Of a DNA stretch of 31,629 bases, positions 27,147-31,629 are shown in pieces. The notes below the pieces were generated by a model, which ran no database searches, was not told the origin of the DNA, and was given only the letters and a program-made list of their open reading frames with translations. Both the position numbers and the translations under genes were made by a program. Numbering within the stretch: position 1 is the stretch's first letter; each line of letters opens with the position of its first letter. This stretch comes from an uncultured Thermococci archaeon. GTDB lineage: Archaea > Methanobacteriota_B > Thermococci > Thermococcales > Thermococcaceae. The stretch is from contig CAZTOS010000020.1 in NCBI GenBank assembly GCA_964615185.1, forward strand, positions 1 to 31,629, written 5' to 3'.

Positions 27147-28365
27147 ATCGTCAATCGAAAGACAGGAGAGTGGTCTGAAATGGTCCCAGTTAGGAAAGCG
27201 CTACATAGCGACTGGATTACTTGGGTCTCTGGCTTCGTCGGTTCTTGGTCCATATCTGAGTCTATGGCTTAAAGGCATTGGTCTGAGCTTTTCTGAGATA
27301 GGTTTAGCCCAGAGCGTTTCTGAGATTGCACAGCTCCTCACTGACTTTCCGACTGGAGGAGTTGCCGACAGGCACGGTAGAGTCAAGACCTATGCCGCTG
27401 GAAGTTCCCTCTTTGGTGTTGGTCTGCTTATCATAGGACTCACACAGAGTCTTTCGGCAGTTCTGGTGGGGGCTGCACTTTCGGGTTTTGGTATGGCCCT
27501 CGTAAGTGGAACACTGGTTCCGTGGCTCTACGATGCGTTAAACGATAGAAAGTCAGTACAGCAGACTCTTGGAAAGTTAAAGGCAATCTCGGGACCAGTG
27601 AGATTCACTGGAGGATTCGTTGGTGGTTGTCTTGCCTCAGTTGCTCCAAATTCACCCGTGCTGGTAGCGGGGATGCTCTCGATAGCCTCTGCGATAACCG
27701 CTCTGTTTCTGCTGCCCGACAATTATGGCGACAAAAAAGCGAAATATGTGAAGCTACTCAGAAGAGGGTTGGAGGAAATCAGAAAGAACAGGGCACTTCA
27801 CTTACTGTTGGCTTCTTCATTCTTCCTAAGCTTCACTGCTAGGGCATTCTTCACATTTTGGATGCTCTTGCTGGTTCAGCGTGGTCTCCCCAGAGAATAT
27901 CTTGGAGTGTTTTTCGCTTTACTGCTTTTTTCAACATCTGCGGGAGGTCTGATTGCTCAAAAGCTTGAACCAACATCAAAAACTGCAGCAATACTAACTG
28001 CTCTGCTTGGTACAGAGATTGCCATGCTTGGCATTATTGAAAACTTAACCATAAGCATAGCCCTGCTCTTTGCGCTTGAGGTAACACTTGGTGCAAGGTT
28101 TCCAGTAATGGCAGTGCTTAGGAACAGCTTTATTCCGCAAGAAGTCCGCTCAACAGTGACTTCAGCAATGAGCACTGTCGGAAGTGGATTTACGGCCATA
28201 GCCAACGTGACAGTTGGAGCGTTCGCAGAAAAGCTGGGCCTCGGAAAAGCGTATTTTATCGCTGGCTCTTTGGGAGTGCTTGCAACACTTCCCATATTGG
28301 GATTAACCTTTTTAAGGATTCCAGATGAGAGGAAAAACATCCTTGAAAAACCTGGTGGAGGTTGA
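27147..28365 (+). CDS. MFS transporter (about 405 codons) lacking an in-frame canonical start; possible pseudogene
   Basis: The frame is open about 100 codons upstream of the ORF-track start and includes TM1-3 and motif A (DFPTGGVADRHGRVK), but has no in-frame ATG/GTG/TTG before 27466. Confidence 0.8.
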
Positions 28366-28369
28366 TAAC

Positions 28370-31030
28370 ATGCTGCCGAAGAATTATAAGCCCGAAGAAG
28401 TTGAAACCAAGTGGCAGAAGTTCTGGTTGGATGAAAAGATTTACAAGTATGAGCTTGATGAGAAAAAGCCCCCATATGCAATTGATACACCACCCCCATT
28501 CACAAGCGGAACCCTTCACTTAGGTCACGTGTTAAGCCACACATGGATTGATATCGTAGCGAGATATAAGAGAATGAGGGGCTACAACGTTCTTTTCCCA
28601 CAGGGTTTTGATAACCATGGTCTTCCAACGGAGCTTAAGGTGGAGAAGGAGTTCGGCATAAGCAAGGATGAGCCAGAGAAGTTTCTGCAGAAGTGTATCG
28701 AGTGGACATGGCAAGCAATTGAGGCAATGAGAAACCAGTTTATCAGAATTGGTTATTCTGCTGACTGGGATTTGGAGTATCACACGATGGATGACGAATA
28801 CAAGGCTTTAGTGCAGAAATCTCTGCTTGAGTTCTATAAGAAAGGTCTGCTTTACCAAGCAGAGCACCCTGTATTCTGGTGTCCAAACTGTAGAACTTCC
28901 CTGGCAAAAGCGGAAGTAGGTTATGTAGAAGAGGACGGCTTCCTTTACTACATAAAGCTCCCGCTTGCCGATGGAAGCGGTTACGTGCCGATAGCGACAA
29001 CGAGACCAGAACTTATGCCCGCGTGTGTAGCTGTATTCATACACCCAGAAGATGAAAGGTATAAAGATTTAGTGGGCAAAAAGGTAAAGCTTCCAATTTT
29101 TGAGAGGGAAGTTCCAATTTTAGTCGATGAGGATGTTGACCCAAGCTTTGGAACTGGAGCTGTTTATAACTGTACTTACGGTGATGAACAGGACATAGTG
29201 TGGCAGAAGCGCTACAACTTGCCAGTGATTATTGCGATTGACGAATATGGAAGGATGACAGAAGTTGCCGGTAAATACAAGGGCATGAAGACAGAGGAAG
29301 CAAGGGAAGCAATTGCAAAGGACTTGGAAGAAATGGGCTTGTTATATAAAAAGGAGAAGATAAGGCACCGCGTTTTGAGACACACAGAGAGAAGCAGCTG
29401 TATGGCTCCAATTGAGTTATTACCCAAGAAGCAGTGGTTCATCAAGGTGAAGGAGTTCACAGAGGAACTTGTGGAAGTTGCGAGACAGATAAGATGGTTC
29501 CCAGAGGATATGTTCCTAAGGCTTAAGGACTGGGCAGAGAGCATGGACTGGGACTGGGTTATCAGCAGACAGAGAGTATTTGGAACTCCAATTCCATTCT
29601 GGGTGTGTAAGGACTGTGGACATATAATCCCGGCAAGAGAAGAGGACTTGCCAGTTGACCCAAGATTTGACAAGCCACCGGTGGATAAGTGTCCAAAGTG
29701 TGGTTCAACGAATATAGAAGGAGTTAAAGACGTCCTCGACTGCTGGATTGATTCCTCTATAACCCCACTCGTCATAACAAAATGGACTAAAGATGAGAAG
29801 TGGTTCAAGCACAACTTCCCTACAGCTTTGAGACCTCAGGGGACAGACATCATCAGAACATGGGCGTTCTACACAATCTTCAGAACTTACATTCTCACTG
29901 GACAAAAGCCGTGGCATGACATCCTAATCAACGGAATGGTAGCTGGACCAGATGGTAGAAAGATGAGCAAGAGCTATGGAAACGTCGTTTCACCAGAGGA
30001 AGTGATTCCAAAATACGGTGCCGATGCTTTAAGATTGTGGACAGCATTAGCCCCACCAGGAGAAGACCACCCGTTCAAGTGGGAAACAGTTGATTACAAC
30101 TTCCGCTTCCTCCAAAAGCTCTGGAACATCTTCCGCTTTGCGGAGAGGCACATCAAGGATTTGGACTACAACGCAAACAAGGATATCAAGCTCGAGCCTA
30201 TTGACAGATGGATACTCTCAAGGCTTCACCGCCTAATCAAGTTCGCAACAAATGAGATGGAAATTTACCGCTTCAATCTGCTCACAAGAGAGCTTATGAC
30301 ATTTGTATGGCACGAGGTTGCAGATGACTACATCGAAATGATCAAGCACAGACTTTATGGAAACGACAAAGAGAGTAAGCTTAGGGCAAGAGTGGCATTA
30401 TATGAGCTACTATACAACATTTTGCTATTGCTTGCACCTTTTGTTCCTCACATAACTGAGGAGCTCTATCAAGAGGTCTTTAAGGACAAGGTTGGAGCAA
30501 AGAGCATTCACCTCTTGGAGTGGCCCACTTACAATGAGGCAAGAATTGACGAGGAAGCTGAAAAGCTCGGAGAGCTTGCAAGAGAGATTATCGGGGCAAT
30601 GAGGAGATACAAGAATTCACATGGCTTAGCCTTAAATGCAAAGCTCAAACACGTGGCAATTTATGCAACTGACAGCTATGAGATGTTCAAAGCAATAGAG
30701 AAAGACATTGCAGGAACGATGAACATTGAGAAGCTTGAAATCATAAAGGGTGAGCCTGAGCTTGAGGAAAGAATCGTCGAGATTAAGCCCAACTTTAAGA
30801 CAGTGGGACCGAGATATGGAAAGCTCGTTCCAAAGATTGTTGCATACCTCAAGCAGAACGCTGAGGAAGTCGCAAAGGCACTCAAAGAGAGCGGAAAAGT
30901 AGAATTTGAAATCGAAGGGCAGAAGGTTAAGCTCAGCAAAGATGACATAGTGCTCAGGAAGGCAGTGTTCAGTGAAGGAGAAGAAGTAGAGACGGCAGTT
31001 GTGAGAGATGCTGTGATTGTGTTCTTCTGA
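28370..31030 (+). CDS. valS: Valine--tRNA ligase, archaeal type
   Basis: IDTPPP..SGTLHLGH, ATTRPE, WDWVISRQR, KMSKS; start MLPKNY after GGAGGT. Confidence 0.98.
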   Translation: MLPKNYKPEEVETKWQKFWLDEKIYKYELDEKKPPYAIDTPPPFTSGTLHLGHVLSHTWIDIVARYKRMRGYNVLFPQGFDNHGLPTELKVEKEFGISKDEPEKFLQKCIEWTWQAIEAMRNQFIRIGYSADWDLEYHTMDDEYKALVQKSLLEFYKKGLLYQAEHPVFWCPNCRTSLAKAEVGYVEEDGFLYYIKLPLADGSGYVPIATTRPELMPACVAVFIHPEDERYKDLVGKKVKLPIFEREVPILVDEDVDPSFGTGAVYNCTYGDEQDIVWQKRYNLPVIIAIDEYGRMTEVAGKYKGMKTEEAREAIAKDLEEMGLLYKKEKIRHRVLRHTERSSCMAPIELLPKKQWFIKVKEFTEELVEVARQIRWFPEDMFLRLKDWAESMDWDWVISRQRVFGTPIPFWVCKDCGHIIPAREEDLPVDPRFDKPPVDKCPKCGSTNIEGVKDVLDCWIDSSITPLVITKWTKDEKWFKHNFPTALRPQGTDIIRTWAFYTIFRTYILTGQKPWHDILINGMVAGPDGRKMSKSYGNVVSPEEVIPKYGADALRLWTALAPPGEDHPFKWETVDYNFRFLQKLWNIFRFAERHIKDLDYNANKDIKLEPIDRWILSRLHRLIKFATNEMEIYRFNLLTRELMTFVWHEVADDYIEMIKHRLYGNDKESKLRARVALYELLYNILLLLAPFVPHITEELYQEVFKDKVGAKSIHLLEWPTYNEARIDEEAEKLGELAREIIGAMRRYKNSHGLALNAKLKHVAIYATDSYEMFKAIEKDIAGTMNIEKLEIIKGEPELEERIVEIKPNFKTVGPRYGKLVPKIVAYLKQNAEEVAKALKESGKVEFEIEGQKVKLSKDDIVLRKAVFSEGEEVETAVVRDAVIVFF

Positions 31031-31034
31031 AGAC

Positions 31035-31061
31035 GGAGGGGAAAGAATTCCCCTCCTCTTT
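31035..31061 (+). terminator. Hairpin after valS, possible terminator
   Basis: ggaggggaa-agaa-ttcccctcc perfect 9-bp stem followed by tcttt and T-rich sequence. Confidence 0.6.
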
Positions 31062-31270
31062 GCGACTTTGATATTCTTCTTTTTCATTACTGGAGGAGCT
31101 ACACCGTTCTGATTGGCCGTAGTTTTTGTAAGGTGTGTGGAGGTTGCTACGGCTGACCTTCCCTGCTCTCCGGAGACCATTAATCACCTACGAACTCATG
31201 CTGAGGTCTTTCAAGATTGCAAAACAAAAATATTATATCTTTCCTAACCCAACTAACATTAGGTGAGACT

Positions 31271-31438
31271 ATGGAAAAGCTGTCTGCAAAGAGGGTTCAG
31301 CTGATGATAGATTATCCTCACATAAGAAGATTCCTGAAGAAAGCACCAAGTCTAAACGAGGTTAGGGAGGCGTTAAAGAGCATTAAGGGGGAGTTGAGCA
31401 AAGAGGTAACGGCGGAGAGGGAAGAAGAATGGAGGTAG
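31271..31438 (+). CDS. Small protein, probable VapB-like antitoxin (55 aa)
   Basis: AGGTGA RBS, acidic tail LSKEVTAEREEEWR, stop overlaps a PIN-like start. Confidence 0.6.
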   Translation: MEKLSAKRVQLMIDYPHIRRFLKKAPSLNEVREALKSIKGELSKEVTAEREEEWR

Positions 31439-31461
31439 CTTTCTTTGATACAAGTGCCCTT
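31429..31461 (+). pseudogene. vapC: 5' fragment of a PIN-domain VapC toxin, interrupted by an IS end
   Basis: ATG 31429 gives MEVAFFDTSAL (PIN D-T-S-A-L motif), then IS sequence with a stop at 31480-31482. Confidence 0.7.
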
Positions 31462-31629
31462 CTGACCTCCTCCCCGTCCTGAAGGGCGAGGGTTCCAACG
31501 AGTTAACCCCTCGCCAGTGACAGGGAGGTTTGCGGGCTCATCCCCTACTCGCGTTACCACTTTCGGTTCAGCCCGCAGGCCCGGTCTAAGGCCCATTACC
31601 CCTACCGCAGGACGGCTCAGGGTTATCGC
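31462..31629 (-). mobile_element. Right end of an IS200/IS605 (IS1341/TnpB-type) element, probable omega-RNA scaffold; continues beyond the window
   Basis: Abrupt GC-rich segment. Minus strand ends ...GGAACCCTCGCCCTTCAGGACGGGGAGGAGGTCAG (subterminal hairpin plus TCAG), with upstream GGTAGGGGTAATGGG and a GCGGGCT/AGCCCGC stem, as seen at archaeal tnpB 3' ends. Confidence 0.8.

Noticed and set aside
607..31187. Numerous short antisense or nested ORFs (e.g. 4721-5176, 18717-19322, 27957-28499, 29212-29814)
   Set aside because: Shadows of well-supported genes on the opposite strand or frame, with no recognisable motifs.
31318..31596. 92-aa minus-strand ORF as a protein
   Set aside because: Crosses the IS end into antisense vapB/vapC; better explained as structured IS-end sequence.
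31462..31629. tRNA, rRNA, SRP or RNase P RNA for the GC-rich end segment
   Set aside because: No cloverleaf, TTCGA loop or recognisable conserved motifs; the terminal sequence fits an IS605-family right end.
1..31629. CRISPR array
   Set aside because: No regularly spaced direct repeats seen in any intergenic region.

Overview
Archaeal window, Thermococcales-like (GGTGA/GGAGG ribosome sites, BRE-TATA promoters, archaeal proS/valS, TET1, moeA/moaB, COG1672 ATPase). The left half (1 to about 15 kb) is a visibly AT-richer catabolic island built around a divergent promoter. Its minus-strand operon is yhdT-panF (Na+/pantothenate symporter), NAD-type SDR, tungsten AOR-family oxidoreductase, beta-decarboxylating (IPMDH-like) dehydrogenase, TRAP dctP-dctQ. 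Its plus-strand operon is an OPT transporter (frameshift in a G7 run), an LpxC-fold metalloamidase, a degenerate M20 paralog and an intact M20 amidohydrolase. These are followed by an Lrp regulator, IS6 remnants, a family III CoA-transferase and a truncated mmdA. The enzyme set and order match, step for step, the chemistry of pantothenate/pantoate degradation to 2-oxoisovalerate. This is the main hypothesis, and it is an inference rather than a demonstrated function. The right half is mostly core genome and ends in a vapB-vapC pair whose toxin is interrupted by the right end (probable omega-RNA region) of an IS200/IS605 (TnpB-type) element. No rRNA, tRNA or CRISPR array was seen. All family calls are from motif recognition by eye; no searches were run.
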